Sequence record: OP870146.1
Reading direction: 5' to 3' (one strand)
DNA length: 64,000 bases
Source of the DNA: Escherichia phage vB_Eco_F27
In this document: in pieces, positions 30,702 to 39,824 of the stretch
How positions within the stretch are numbered: position 1 is the first letter of the stretch
Layout: every line of letters starts with the position of its first letter
Notes under the pieces: generated by a model
What the model saw: only the letters and a program-made list of their open reading frames with translations
What the model was told of the DNA's origin: nothing
Databases searched by the model: none
Made by a program: the position numbers and the translations under genes

Positions 30702-30925
30702 ATGCTGGCTTCTTTTAGATGTTGCTTAGCATACTTAAGAGCCTGTACTGCATCCATATCTTCTTTGGTTTGTTGCTCTGTTTCATTTTCTTTCAAGATA
30801 TATGCTTCTTCAATCAGAGCATCAAACAACAATCCAAGACGGACTTCTGCATCTTTAATAGCGTTCACTTTACCGATTTTATCGTCGGTATGTGGCTTGT
30901 AGCCTTTAATATCTTCAATCGACAT
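30659..30925 (-). CDS. candidate anti-CBASS Acb2 (vs.4 position)
   Basis: 88 aa from the ATG at 30925 (MSIEDIKGYKPHTDDKIGKVNAIKDAEVRLGLLF...) after GAGGAAA. Assignment is positional and by size; I could not verify the sequence. Confidence 0.45.
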   Translation of the reverse strand: MSIEDIKGYKPHTDDKIGKVNAIKDAEVRLGLLFDALIEEAYILKENETEQQTKEDMDAVQALKYAKQHLKEASMWACRAVFRPEEKY

Positions 30926-31139
30926 AAGGAATTTCCTCATCGGTGGCAAGGTCATATTCGACCAATTGGATAGGCTCATTAATACCATATCCACGTACAG
31001 TGATATCAGTTGCCGGATAGTTTCCAGTAATATCACCCATTCTAAATGCTTCAGTGAATGATTGCTCGCCTGAGCAACTAAACCAGGCGGCAAAACATTT
31101 TAAAACATCTTCAGACCCTTCTATAATCAATTTAGCCAT
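30915..31139 (-). CDS. hypothetical protein (vs.5 position)
   Basis: 74 aa ORF. Confidence 0.45.
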   Translation of the reverse strand: MAKLIIEGSEDVLKCFAAWFSCSGEQSFTEAFRMGDITGNYPATDITVRGYGINEPIQLVEYDLATDEEIPYVD

Positions 31140-31501
31140 TATAGACTCTCAGTAAAGGTACGAGCGATAACGTCGCGCTGCTGTTCCGGAGTCAGAGAGT
31201 TAAAGCGAACTGCATAACCGGATACACGGATGGTCAGCTGCGGATATTTTTCCGGATGCTTAACTGCATCTTCCAGAGTTTCGCGACGCAGAACGTTAAC
31301 GTTCAGGTGTTGACCACCTTCAATTTTAACTTTAGGTTGATGTTCAATTTCAATTTCACGGGCATGCAAACCGTAGAAAATTTCCGGGTCTACAATAGAG
31401 TCTTCTTTAAAAGTCTTAGAGACGATAATCCGGGCTTGAGTACCGTCTTCAAAATAAATAGTGCCTTTATGTGTACCTTCAAGAATTTGATATGCTTTCA
31501 T
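31139..31501 (-). CDS. autonomous glycyl radical cofactor (GrcA/YfiD-like; vs.6 position)
   Basis: 120 aa ending ...[29 protein letters not shown], the glycyl radical signature. Confidence 0.75.
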   Translation of the reverse strand: MKAYQILEGTHKGTIYFEDGTQARIIVSKTFKEDSIVDPEIFYGLHAREIEIEHQPKVKIEGGQHLNVNVLRRETLEDAVKHPEKYPQLTIRVSGYAVRFNSLTPEQQRDVIARTFTESL

Positions 31502-31507
31502 ATAACC

Positions 31508-31816
31508 TCAATTAGAAAATAAATTTATCCAAGATTTTTCTTTAATCAAAAATGGGTCGGAATTAAACGCCATTAAACTTTGAGTGATTAATCCCTTAAA
31601 TGGCCCATCAATAAATTCCATTTTGAAATGTGGAATACTAGTCATCAACCGTGCATTAGGAGCAGTACAAAGAACATGCTGCCCTGCGAACGGACCTTTA
31701 GTTAAACGATATCGTTTAGGTTTAAAATGGTAAATCTCGTAATTTTCTACAAGAGCCCTTTTATTGCATACTGGGCTGTTATAACAATACTCAAAAACTT
31801 CAATAGTGGTCATCAT
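31508..31816 (-). CDS. hypothetical protein (vs.7 position)
   Basis: 102 aa ORF. Confidence 0.45.
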   Translation of the reverse strand: MMTTIEVFEYCYNSPVCNKRALVENYEIYHFKPKRYRLTKGPFAGQHVLCTAPNARLMTSIPHFKMEFIDGPFKGLITQSLMAFNSDPFLIKEKSWINLFSN

Positions 31817-32352
31817 TGCATTCCAATCACAAAAAATTGAGGACGAGCATTACCGCCGATGCAATATTTGCTTTTGCAGCAGTGCTGTACTGTTTTAATG
31901 TGGACATTGTAAATCTTATCCATATCAGGAGCTTTAATAGGCTCGTCAATTATATACAGAATACGAGAAAGCGTTAATCCACGGAATTTAGAACCTTCAT
32001 TGCCAATAAAACTACGAACAGAATCAGTAAATAAACGGAATCGAATATCATCGCTAGAATAACGAGAAAATTCTTTTTTAATGTTGCCAGCAGAAATTTT
32101 AGCATAAGCTGAAGTATTAGAAAGAACAATAACTGTTCCACCATCATATAGCCAATTAACAGCAAAATTAGTTACTGCGGACGATTTACCTGATTGTCTG
32201 CCGCCGTCTAAACGAAGTGTACAGTACTGCTTGAGTACGTCTTCAAATGGTGGGGCATAACCGTTCTTACAAATTTCTTCTACTCTAGCATCAGAATGGT
32301 GTGTAAAAGCATTCATCAGGGATAGATAAGGTCCAGTTAAAAATGTTCTCAT
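31813..32352 (-). CDS. hypothetical protein (vs.8 position)
   Basis: 179 aa ORF. Confidence 0.5.
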   Translation of the reverse strand: MRTFLTGPYLSLMNAFTHHSDARVEEICKNGYAPPFEDVLKQYCTLRLDGGRQSGKSSAVTNFAVNWLYDGGTVIVLSNTSAYAKISAGNIKKEFSRYSSDDIRFRLFTDSVRSFIGNEGSKFRGLTLSRILYIIDEPIKAPDMDKIYNVHIKTVQHCCKSKYCIGGNARPQFFVIGMQ

Positions 32353-32462
32353 TTAGTTTCTCTTTTAGGTTGGGCCATTCCGTGGCGCATGAATTGTCCA
32401 TTTCTGTATTTACCCCTCCAAGTAATTATGAATATACTATCACAATTCTAGGAGATGTAAAC

Positions 32463-32861
32463 TTATTTGTAGGTTTTCATCCAATTCTTGAACAAAGCCG
32501 CGACGTCTTTCTCTTTAACGTTCAGTTTAATGTCCAACATTTTACCGCCCGCTGCTCTCGTTTGACGAATCTTAGCAGTACCGGTTTCACCATTCCACTC
32601 AACATAATATTGCCCAGTGTTCATAGCGATACCGTTGCCAAAGTCTTCGTTATTAGAAGTAGTGAATGCCAACTTCATGGTCTTAGAGACACGGGCCGGC
32701 ATGCCTGTCTGAAGGGCATTACGAACGCGAATAACCTGAGGAGTGGCCTGGGTCAGGTTCTCATTCAGTTCTTCGGTGAACTCTTCAGATTCAAACATCG
32801 CCAAAAGTTCTTTAGATGCAGGAATTACATTCTCTGCGATAAATTCTTTATATGTTTTCAT
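32463..32861 (-). CDS. internal protein-like, with capsid targeting sequence
   Basis: 132 aa starting MKTYKEFIAE, the T4 internal-protein capsid targeting sequence; preceded by a GTTTAC...TGGTATAAT promoter. Confidence 0.6.
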   Translation of the reverse strand: MKTYKEFIAENVIPASKELLAMFESEEFTEELNENLTQATPQVIRVRNALQTGMPARVSKTMKLAFTTSNNEDFGNGIAMNTGQYYVEWNGETGTAKIRQTRAAGGKMLDIKLNVKEKDVAALFKNWMKTYK

Positions 32862-32925
32862 TTTTTGTTTCCTTGTTTGTTTTGATAGAGTAATTATACC
32901 ATATTAATACTTAAGCGTAAACCGT

Positions 32926-33186
32926 TTAAGCTTTACCGCCAGAAATAATTCCGAAGTTGTTAAAATCGTATCCAATATCGTCAACATCTACTTTAGGACT
33001 TACTACAACATAAGCAATTTCACTACGTTTTGCATAGGTGTTTATTTCTTTACCATCACCACCTAAGAAAGAATACCCATTACGTTTTAATGAGCCAAAG
33101 TCTTCCGCATCACCAATGAAAGCTTTAACTTTAAATTTAGGACCTTTGGCATCTGCTTCAACGATAAATTCTTGATACATTTTCAT
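32926..33186 (-). CDS. internal protein-like, with capsid targeting sequence
   Basis: 86 aa starting MKMYQEFIVE. Confidence 0.55.
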   Translation of the reverse strand: MKMYQEFIVEADAKGPKFKVKAFIGDAEDFGSLKRNGYSFLGGDGKEINTYAKRSEIAYVVVSPKVDVDDIGYDFNNFGIISGGKA

Positions 33187-33192
33187 TTTTCC

Positions 33193-33306
33193 TTAGTAAA
33201 TTGATTTACCATAGTATTTGTACCAAGTCGGACGTTGAGCAATTTTTTCATCTAAGCGTGCTTGATTTATCGCAATGGACGCTTCGGACGGGTCATAATT
33301 TCCTCC
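33193..33306 (-). pseudogene. denV: denV (endonuclease V) remnant: start codon plus out-of-frame C-terminal fragment
   Basis: Promoter, RBS GGAGGAAA and ATG ACC CGT (MTR) at 33306 are followed by a stop after 9 codons. The adjacent frame encodes ...[31 protein letters not shown], matching the T4 DenV C-terminus as recalled. Confidence 0.65.
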
Positions 33307-33355
33307 AAGTAGTTGATGAATGTATAGTATCAAAACCCTTGGAGGAAGTAAACAA

Positions 33356-33637
33356 CTATTTTTCTGAAGCGCCTGAAATATATTTTTCAAGACGTTGTTT
33401 CATTAAAGAGCCGTTCTTAGCGATTTCTTCCGGTTTATCGCACATACGCAACAAGGCTTCGAGCTTAACGATATCGCTGGTACGTTCAAATTTGCGAGTA
33501 TCTATCTTACTAGCAAGTTCAGAAATACGTGCTAATAGACTTTCGGCTTCAACCAAAGCTGCACCTAGCTTAGTTGCAAATGTGTCAGTAGCTTCGTTAA
33601 GAATAGATTCTGATAAAAATTCACTATATGTTTTCAT
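33356..33637 (-). CDS. internal protein-like, with capsid targeting sequence (ipIII/ipII position)
   Basis: 93 aa from [10 protein letters not shown]; lies directly downstream of e. Confidence 0.6.
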   Translation of the reverse strand: MKTYSEFLSESILNEATDTFATKLGAALVEAESLLARISELASKIDTRKFERTSDIVKLEALLRMCDKPEEIAKNGSLMKQRLEKYISGASEK

Positions 33638-34122
33638 ATATACGCTTTCCAAGTTCCTGTTTTAAATGTTGAGATTACGCGTTTCGCGCGATTAGGTGTC
33701 TGACGATACCATTTAGATTGGGCTAGATTTACTGCCGCTTCGTCCCAACGTTTCTGTTGAAGCATACGAAGAGAATTAGTAAAACCGGCAACGCCTGCTA
33801 CGCCCATTTGGAAGACCATATTGACCAATGCACATCGACGAACAGCATCTAAAGAATCATATACCGGTTTAAGTTTAGCATTACCCAAGATTCCGCGAAC
33901 GGCTTTATCAACGTCTTCATTAAATAGCTTTTCAGCCTCATCAAGGGTAATTGTACCGTTGCATTTACGACCGATCATTCTGTCAAGTTCAGCTTTAGCT
34001 ACGGCTAAAGAAGGGTTCTTTGTTACTAAATGGCCTATGCCAATCGTCCAAAAGCCTTCAGTGTCTTTGTATAAAGTCAGTCTAAGACCTTCGTCATTAC
34101 GAAGCATTTCAAATATATTCAT
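33634..34122 (-). CDS. e: lysozyme (endolysin)
   Basis: [32 protein letters not shown]... 162 aa, near-identical to T4 lysozyme; start set to the ATG at 34122. Confidence 0.93.
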   Translation of the reverse strand: MNIFEMLRNDEGLRLTLYKDTEGFWTIGIGHLVTKNPSLAVAKAELDRMIGRKCNGTITLDEAEKLFNEDVDKAVRGILGNAKLKPVYDSLDAVRRCALVNMVFQMGVAGVAGFTNSLRMLQQKRWDEAAVNLAQSKWYRQTPNRAKRVISTFKTGTWKAYI

Positions 34123-34156
34123 AATACCTCCCACGTTTATAGGAGGTATTTATTAC

Positions 34157-34615
34157 TTATAGGAGGGTAGTGAGCACCTTATATAATGATTTGCCCATTA
34201 CATATTCCCATTGAGAAGGTTTAATTAAAGCGAATGCATCAAATTCAGGAATCTGACGTCCGTCTGGGAATGTATGATAGGAATTACAAACACTGTTTCT
34301 GAATTGCTCGTGCTCTACAGGGATGGTATATAGGAACAGATGAATATTCTTATTGTCTGAGTAATGATGTTCACCTAGGTCTTTCAGGAAGGCAGGGTCA
34401 TATTGTGTAAACCCAGTTTCTTCTTCGCATTCACGAATAGCGGCTTCAATAGGAGATTCGCCAGGTTCGACACGGCCTTTAGGAATATCCCACCGATGAG
34501 CTAATGCACCTTTAGGACGAGAACCAGTTACACGGCCCATGAATAATTCTTTATCTTTTGTCATGAAGATAATACCAGCGGACAACTCTTTCACTTTATT
34601 TTTCTTACTCATCAT
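34157..34615 (-). CDS. nudE: Nudix hydrolase
   Basis: 152 aa; Nudix box GRVEPGESPIEAAIRECEEETG. Confidence 0.8.
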   Translation of the reverse strand: MMSKKNKVKELSAGIIFMTKDKELFMGRVTGSRPKGALAHRWDIPKGRVEPGESPIEAAIRECEEETGFTQYDPAFLKDLGEHHYSDNKNIHLFLYTIPVEHEQFRNSVCNSYHTFPDGRQIPEFDAFALIKPSQWEYVMGKSLYKVLTTLL

Positions 34616-34856
34616 CTCGGTCCCATGATTTGGCCATTAATTCGGACATAAATTCTTCAATGCGCGTTTCTTTAGATGGACTTTCACTATTAGAGACCGC
34701 AAGTTTGTAATCTGCAATAGGACAGAACATATCAAGGTCCATATTAAGGTCGTCTTTGATTTTTTCTTCTGACACATCTTTATCGTATGTGTACAGATAA
34801 CTATCACATGATTCTGATTTAATGTAAATTGCTATACTCATCTCAAATTCCTGCAT
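34605..34856 (-). CDS. hypothetical acidic protein
   Basis: 83 aa ORF. Confidence 0.45.
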   Translation of the reverse strand: MQEFEMSIAIYIKSESCDSYLYTYDKDVSEEKIKDDLNMDLDMFCPIADYKLAVSNSESPSKETRIEEFMSELMAKSWDRDDE

Positions 34857-35335
34857 TCGGTAATAAAACGTTCAACTTCATTATTCTTGGCCTTTATCTT
34901 GTCTTTACGTTCCTGTAAACTACTTTTAACAAGATTAATAATGATGCCTACAGTACCTCCACCAATAATACCACCAATAATACTTACAATAGTAGATGCT
35001 AATAAGATAGCGATAATATCTAGTACAGCAAAGGCACTTACTTTAGTACTAAAAAACCATACCGACGGTACAAATATAATCCATCCTGTTATCCATTGGC
35101 ACTTATTGAAAAACTTTTCAAGCTCAGCTTGAGTTGTTCGTATTACTTCATCGATAGGTTGATATCCATTAATGTATCTGTTCACAATAATACCTGCTGG
35201 CTGGTCGATTTTAAATTCTTGGCAAATATGTTTCACTAAGTAGGATGGACATCCTGTCCAATCTACCGAATAATACGAAATACCTTCGTTGCCATCGTCT
35301 ATATTAGACCAATATGTTTTGTTAATCATTACCAA
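34838..35335 (-). CDS. hypothetical membrane protein
   Basis: 165 aa with two hydrophobic helices. Confidence 0.5.
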   Translation of the reverse strand: MVMINKTYWSNIDDGNEGISYYSVDWTGCPSYLVKHICQEFKIDQPAGIIVNRYINGYQPIDEVIRTTQAELEKFFNKCQWITGWIIFVPSVWFFSTKVSAFAVLDIIAILLASTIVSIIGGIIGGGTVGIIINLVKSSLQERKDKIKAKNNEVERFITECRNLR

Positions 35336-36015
35336 CCTTCCATAGGGAATTCCAGATAAACTTGGGCATTGACACGAATTTCATTGGTAATCTTTTTAAC
35401 TCGGTCTGTATTACGAGATACACGTCCGAACCAACGCCATCCATTACTAATTGCACGAGAACCAGTGTGCCATGTTTGCCAATCAAACTGAAGAAGAGTA
35501 CGATCTGGAGCTTCCCATTTCTCTAGTTCACCTTTTTCAATTTTTTCGAGGACTTCTTTGTGCCACTGGCGATAGATAAGTTCGCCATCAGGAATCTGAC
35601 TGAACTCTGCAGTTCCTGTTGCAAAATGAGTAGGACACACATCAGCGTTAACAAGACCAAGAATATGTTCAGACAAATAGCGAGGATTGTCATAATCAGG
35701 TTGTCCTGCAGTAATAAAATGTTGTCCTGTTGGAATATCTGGGCGTGGTACGTCATCATGGTGATATCCAGGAATAGCAGGGTACCAACCAGGCATCAAC
35801 ATGTGGACTCGTGAATCAAATACTACATCCGAGTCTTTCCAATCGTCAGGGAGATTTTGAATAAAGCTACGAGTAATTGGGCCGCCATTATCAAAAGCAA
35901 AATTCAAATCGCAGTTAAAGAACATAGGCTCGTTTTTAATCTGGTCGTTTTTAATCGCATGAGCAAAACCACCTACTGCACGAGCTTGACTATTAAACAC
36001 TTTAGAACTATTCAT
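35329..36015 (-). CDS. hypothetical protein
   Basis: 228 aa ORF. Confidence 0.55.
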   Translation of the reverse strand: MNSSKVFNSQARAVGGFAHAIKNDQIKNEPMFFNCDLNFAFDNGGPITRSFIQNLPDDWKDSDVVFDSRVHMLMPGWYPAIPGYHHDDVPRPDIPTGQHFITAGQPDYDNPRYLSEHILGLVNADVCPTHFATGTAEFSQIPDGELIYRQWHKEVLEKIEKGELEKWEAPDRTLLQFDWQTWHTGSRAISNGWRWFGRVSRNTDRVKKITNEIRVNAQVYLEFPMEGW

Positions 36016-36016
36016 A

Positions 36017-36322
36017 TTATTTTCCTCGACATTCTTTAATGAAATTTTCTAGATTGGTAGATTCAATAGCTTTTTTACGAGCTTCAACATGTTCTTCTTC
36101 AGACAATTTACATTTATAATTGACCCAGACATTATGGTCGAAACTAGTCGTGGCATATAATAACAAAGCTCCGACGAATAATAAAAACGGTGATAAGAAT
36201 ATACAACCAGGCACACCATCCATACTGTAAGCCTTTTGTAATACTGCAACAGAAAGAGTTGCGTAAAAAAGTGATGCAAATATTGTTAAAAGACCAATTC
36301 GGTTGGTTTCGCCTAATTTCAT
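36017..36322 (-). CDS. hypothetical membrane protein
   Basis: 101 aa ORF. Confidence 0.5.
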   Translation of the reverse strand: MKLGETNRIGLLTIFASLFYATLSVAVLQKAYSMDGVPGCIFLSPFLLFVGALLLYATTSFDHNVWVNYKCKLSEEEHVEARKKAIESTNLENFIKECRGK

Positions 36323-36392
36323 AATATTCTCCTCATGTTTTAATAGGACTACTATAACATAGTCCTATAATTGTGTAAACAGTTTTGCGAAA

Positions 36393-37349
36393 TTATTTGA
36401 AAGGTTTTACCATATGGAAATTTTGTTTGAAACGTTTGACGTAATCGTCATGTCCTAAGCTTTGGTACATACTTACTACTTTGCTGTAGTTTTCCCAGGC
36501 GTATTCACGGAACCAACCGGAGGTGATGCTTGTGCAGACTTTTTCTAATGCCATCATGAAACTGGCTTCAGGGTTAATTTTAAAGTCATTAGGAATCTGA
36601 GAACGTTCTAATGCTAGTACACATGATTCTTCATATACACCGGCCAATTTGACCATTTCTGGTAACGATTCGAACTTCTCGCGTGAGGTCATGACTTCAG
36701 AACCGTCTTTCATATAAAATGTATAAGCCGGACGGTCTGTTAGTGCAATGGCTTCATGAATAGTATCATGGTCATATGTATAGATGTCATCTTTAAAGAA
36801 CGCACTTTTAGAAGTGTCAAGAACCGGGTGAGCATAGTTCAAGGTTTCTTTCTGGCGTTTCAGCATAATTTCAGTAAGTTCATCGTTCAGTGTAACACCT
36901 TTACCACGAAGATACTGAATATGGTTCATAGTCTTTAAAAAGAATGGATTATTTTTCTTGAAACGATGAGACATCTTAATTGCAAGACATATCTCAGGAG
37001 TTGCCCAGTAAAACCCGTTCAAACGGTCTTTAGTCAAATTTTTCTTGGCGTATTTTAAAAGGTCATAAGAAGACGTGAAATCTTCAGGAGTGAGTTCACC
37101 GACTAATTCACGGACATTAGTGATTGCCGGAACAATATATGCTTCAAAATGAGTTTCGCGTCCATTATGGAAGCATTTGAAAACTTGGACATCAGGGTTA
37201 TCTTGGTGAACATATACACCCATCATTTGATTTTTGAATGCATTCCAAGAACCTTGGTCCGCAATAAAGTCCCAATCGCTATTTTTGATAGCGCTAGAAT
37301 CAATAAGACCATGATAGTGAAGTGCACGAGAACCAATAACTAACATCAT
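36393..37349 (-). CDS. Pol-beta-type nucleotidyltransferase-like protein
   Basis: 318 aa; IGSRALHYHGLIDSSAIKNSDWDF fits the GSx9-13DxD pattern. Confidence 0.5.
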   Translation of the reverse strand: MMLVIGSRALHYHGLIDSSAIKNSDWDFIADQGSWNAFKNQMMGVYVHQDNPDVQVFKCFHNGRETHFEAYIVPAITNVRELVGELTPEDFTSSYDLLKYAKKNLTKDRLNGFYWATPEICLAIKMSHRFKKNNPFFLKTMNHIQYLRGKGVTLNDELTEIMLKRQKETLNYAHPVLDTSKSAFFKDDIYTYDHDTIHEAIALTDRPAYTFYMKDGSEVMTSREKFESLPEMVKLAGVYEESCVLALERSQIPNDFKINPEASFMMALEKVCTSITSGWFREYAWENYSKVVSMYQSLGHDDYVKRFKQNFHMVKPFK

Positions 37350-37377
37350 AATATTTTCCTCGGATTAATTCATTAAC

Positions 37378-37629
37378 TTAAATTTCACGACATGCGATAT
37401 TATATTCGTCCCAGAGGTCATCGTGTGAAGCCTCTACCAATGGAACGATTGTACCGTTTATGTCTTCATTATAAGGGCAAATTGTACAGTGCGCATCTTC
37501 GAATCGGATGCCTTTGTGTTCAGATTTTTTATAACGCATATCGAATATCTTTGCAAACTTTTCACGAGTAATGGTTTTAGCAACCACTTTGGTTCCGATA
37601 CTTTCGTAATAAATCATTGTGGACTCCAT
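37378..37629 (-). CDS. hypothetical Cys-containing protein
   Basis: 83 aa ORF. Confidence 0.45.
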   Translation of the reverse strand: MESTMIYYESIGTKVVAKTITREKFAKIFDMRYKKSEHKGIRFEDAHCTICPYNEDINGTIVPLVEASHDDLWDEYNIACREI

Positions 37630-37679
37630 TTAATTTGATAGGACTACTATAACATAGCCCTATCTTGTTGTAAACTGTT

Positions 37680-37877
37680 TTAGCAAGAATAACTAGATGA
37701 TACCCAGCCTTGAACAGTGATACTATTATGGGATAATGAGATCGCGTCCTGGAGATTCAGACCTGCGTTATCTTCAATCCATAATGTAACTTCTTCGCGT
37801 TCTTCTGTTGCAATTTGGAACAGGTTTTCCAGAGCAGCTACTGCCGTACGTACAGCACAATCTAATTCACGAGACAT
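37680..37877 (-). CDS. small protein, WVSSSxxC-terminus family (paralog 1)
   Basis: 65 aa ending ...QGWVSSSYSC. Confidence 0.45.
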   Translation of the reverse strand: MSRELDCAVRTAVAALENLFQIATEEREEVTLWIEDNAGLNLQDAISLSHNSITVQGWVSSSYSC

Positions 37878-37886
37878 ATTGTTTCC

Positions 37887-38159
37887 TTAGCAAGTGTGAG
37901 AAGATGCGACCCAACCACCAGTTTCGAGGCTCAGGTTGTAGTCGTATTGGTAAACGTCAGCCCATTCAGCATAGCCGTTTTTTGTACAACGTTCAAGATC
38001 GGCTTTAAGATGTCCGGGTGAATGATAGGTTCCACCCATACCATAAGCTGGATACAAGTCGAATGTTGTGTTTTGTTTATCAGCAATTTCTTTGGCAGCC
38101 TCAATAGCTGCATAGATTTTTGCTACAGCTTCAGCCAGTTCGGTTTGTTCTTTAGACAT
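37887..38159 (-). CDS. small protein, WVSSSxxC-terminus family (paralog 2)
   Basis: 90 aa ending ...GGWVASSHTC. Confidence 0.45.
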   Translation of the reverse strand: MSKEQTELAEAVAKIYAAIEAAKEIADKQNTTFDLYPAYGMGGTYHSPGHLKADLERCTKNGYAEWADVYQYDYNLSLETGGWVASSHTC

Positions 38160-38168
38160 AATGATTCC

Positions 38169-38474
38169 TTAGCACAACGCAGAAGACGAAACCCAAGCAC
38201 CTTCAGTAATAACGTAACCATTACCTTCACGCTTAACATCGCCACCATTATTTTCAATTTCATCTTTCATCCACTGGGATACGATTTCACCCTTAGGATA
38301 ATAAGTACGACCACTACCATAATCACCTACAGAAAATGATACGGCATATTGGTCTGCGATCTTTGTTGCTTCTTCTTCGATACGTTCAGCTTGATTCAGA
38401 AGTTTATAAATTGCATCTGAAGCGGATTTGGCATCATTAAACTCTGGTACTTTAATTTCAATAATCTTACTCAT
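38169..38474 (-). CDS. small protein, WVSSSxxC-terminus family (paralog 3)
   Basis: 101 aa ending ...GAWVSSSALC. Confidence 0.45.
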   Translation of the reverse strand: MSKIIEIKVPEFNDAKSASDAIYKLLNQAERIEEEATKIADQYAVSFSVGDYGSGRTYYPKGEIVSQWMKDEIENNGGDVKREGNGYVITEGAWVSSSALC

Positions 38475-38830
38475 TTTCTACATTCCTTAATAAAGTTTTC
38501 GATTGTTTCATTTTCACGTCTAGCTAGGAGTTCATTATAACTAATCGTTTGAGAAGCGTAAACCTTTTTATTTTTCTTGTTGTGGTTTATAAAATCGTAG
38601 TAAAAATAGACTACAGTACAAAATGATGCGATGGATGCAAAGGCTTGGGTATACCGTAAGTCCTGCCATTGGTCTGTGAATCCACCAGTGTTCCCTATAA
38701 ATCCTAACACAACGCCGTCAATAAGAAATCCAACTAATCCAAAGGCAAATCCCATGCCAATACTCATAATAAAAATTAGAATGTTCTCACCAAGAGAAGG
38801 CCATACGGTTAAGAGTTGAGGCTTTTGCAT
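38471..38830 (-). CDS. hypothetical membrane protein
   Basis: 119 aa ORF. Confidence 0.45.
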   Translation of the reverse strand: MQKPQLLTVWPSLGENILIFIMSIGMGFAFGLVGFLIDGVVLGFIGNTGGFTDQWQDLRYTQAFASIASFCTVVYFYYDFINHNKKNKKVYASQTISYNELLARRENETIENFIKECRK

Positions 38831-39234
38831 CTTATTTCCTTAACGAATTCCATAGCTTCTTCATATTCATACTTTTTAACAGCTTCATCATACTGAGCTT
38901 GGGCTTTTGCGCACTGAACTTTCCATTCGCGTACTCGAGCTCTATAATGACGGCCTTGGTGCCAATATCCTGCCCAATTAATAGGCATTAATAAAAATGG
39001 CACAATAAACGGCCCGGCTATAATAAGTAAAAACACTGCATCAGACGATATAACTTCACTAGAATCTAAAACAGCTCCTATAATCATAAAGATTAAAAAT
39101 GCTAAAGCTAAAATAGGGCCAAATAGTACTTCATTTGGGATTAATTTACGTTTGTATTCGTATGCCCAGGGCTTAATTGGCATGTACAGGGTTGGCTTTG
39201 ACATATTCTCTACATTCCATAATAAATTGCTCAA
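38809..39234 (-). CDS. hypothetical membrane protein (start uncertain)
   Basis: 141 aa ORF. Confidence 0.4.
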   Translation of the reverse strand: MSNLLWNVENMSKPTLYMPIKPWAYEYKRKLIPNEVLFGPILALAFLIFMIIGAVLDSSEVISSDAVFLLIIAGPFIVPFLLMPINWAGYWHQGRHYRARVREWKVQCAKAQAQYDEAVKKYEYEEAMEFVKEIRCKSLNS

Positions 39235-39775
39235 GGATTAAATTGTTAGTGAAATTAGGACTAACAACCATAGTTTCATAAAGCGCATCAATAGCACTTA
39301 AAGCATCAACTCTTTTAAGCAAAGGCTTGCCTTCATACATAGTTTCAGAATCGATGATTAACGTAAAGTAATATTTTTTATTATCGACTAGAACTTCCGT
39401 ATCGATATAAAACATATTAGACCTCAGAAGCTTATCTCTAAAACCATAATAATCTTCAGAGCGTTCGCTGATATATTCCCATTCAGTGTTTAAACAACAA
39501 ACAGACCATGTAGGAGCAACGAAATCGGTGAATCTAATATCATGGTCTGCAACTAGTTTAGCAATAGCTCCGATATCATGAATCATAATACCTGGGGCTA
39601 ATAAAGATTTTCTGCTATGGCTAGCCGTTTTCTCAGTAGTCTCATAAGAAGACGACCAGTACCATTTACGTCCAGTTGCAACATATCGTAATGAATCAAC
39701 TAAAGATGTAGGTGGATTTACCTTATCTCGGAACTCTTCGAACATTGAGTCAATATCATTATTTTGGTTTCGCAT
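39173..39775 (-). CDS. hypothetical protein
   Basis: ATG at 39775 (MRNQNNDIDS...) preceded by AAGGAG. Confidence 0.5.
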   Translation of the reverse strand: MRNQNNDIDSMFEEFRDKVNPPTSLVDSLRYVATGRKWYWSSSYETTEKTASHSRKSLLAPGIMIHDIGAIAKLVADHDIRFTDFVAPTWSVCCLNTEWEYISERSEDYYGFRDKLLRSNMFYIDTEVLVDNKKYYFTLIIDSETMYEGKPLLKRVDALSAIDALYETMVVSPNFTNNLILEQFIMECREYVKANPVHAN

Positions 39776-39824
39776 GTTAACTCCTTTATTATCCAAAAGG
39801 AGGACCGGAGTCCTCCGTATTATT

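Noticed and set aside
33193-33390. Track ORF 33193..33390 as a 65-aa protein
   Set aside because: Its N-terminal half reads through the promoter and RBS of the denV remnant from a TTG; only the C-terminal ~31 codons are DenV-like, so it is interpreted as a pseudogene fragment.
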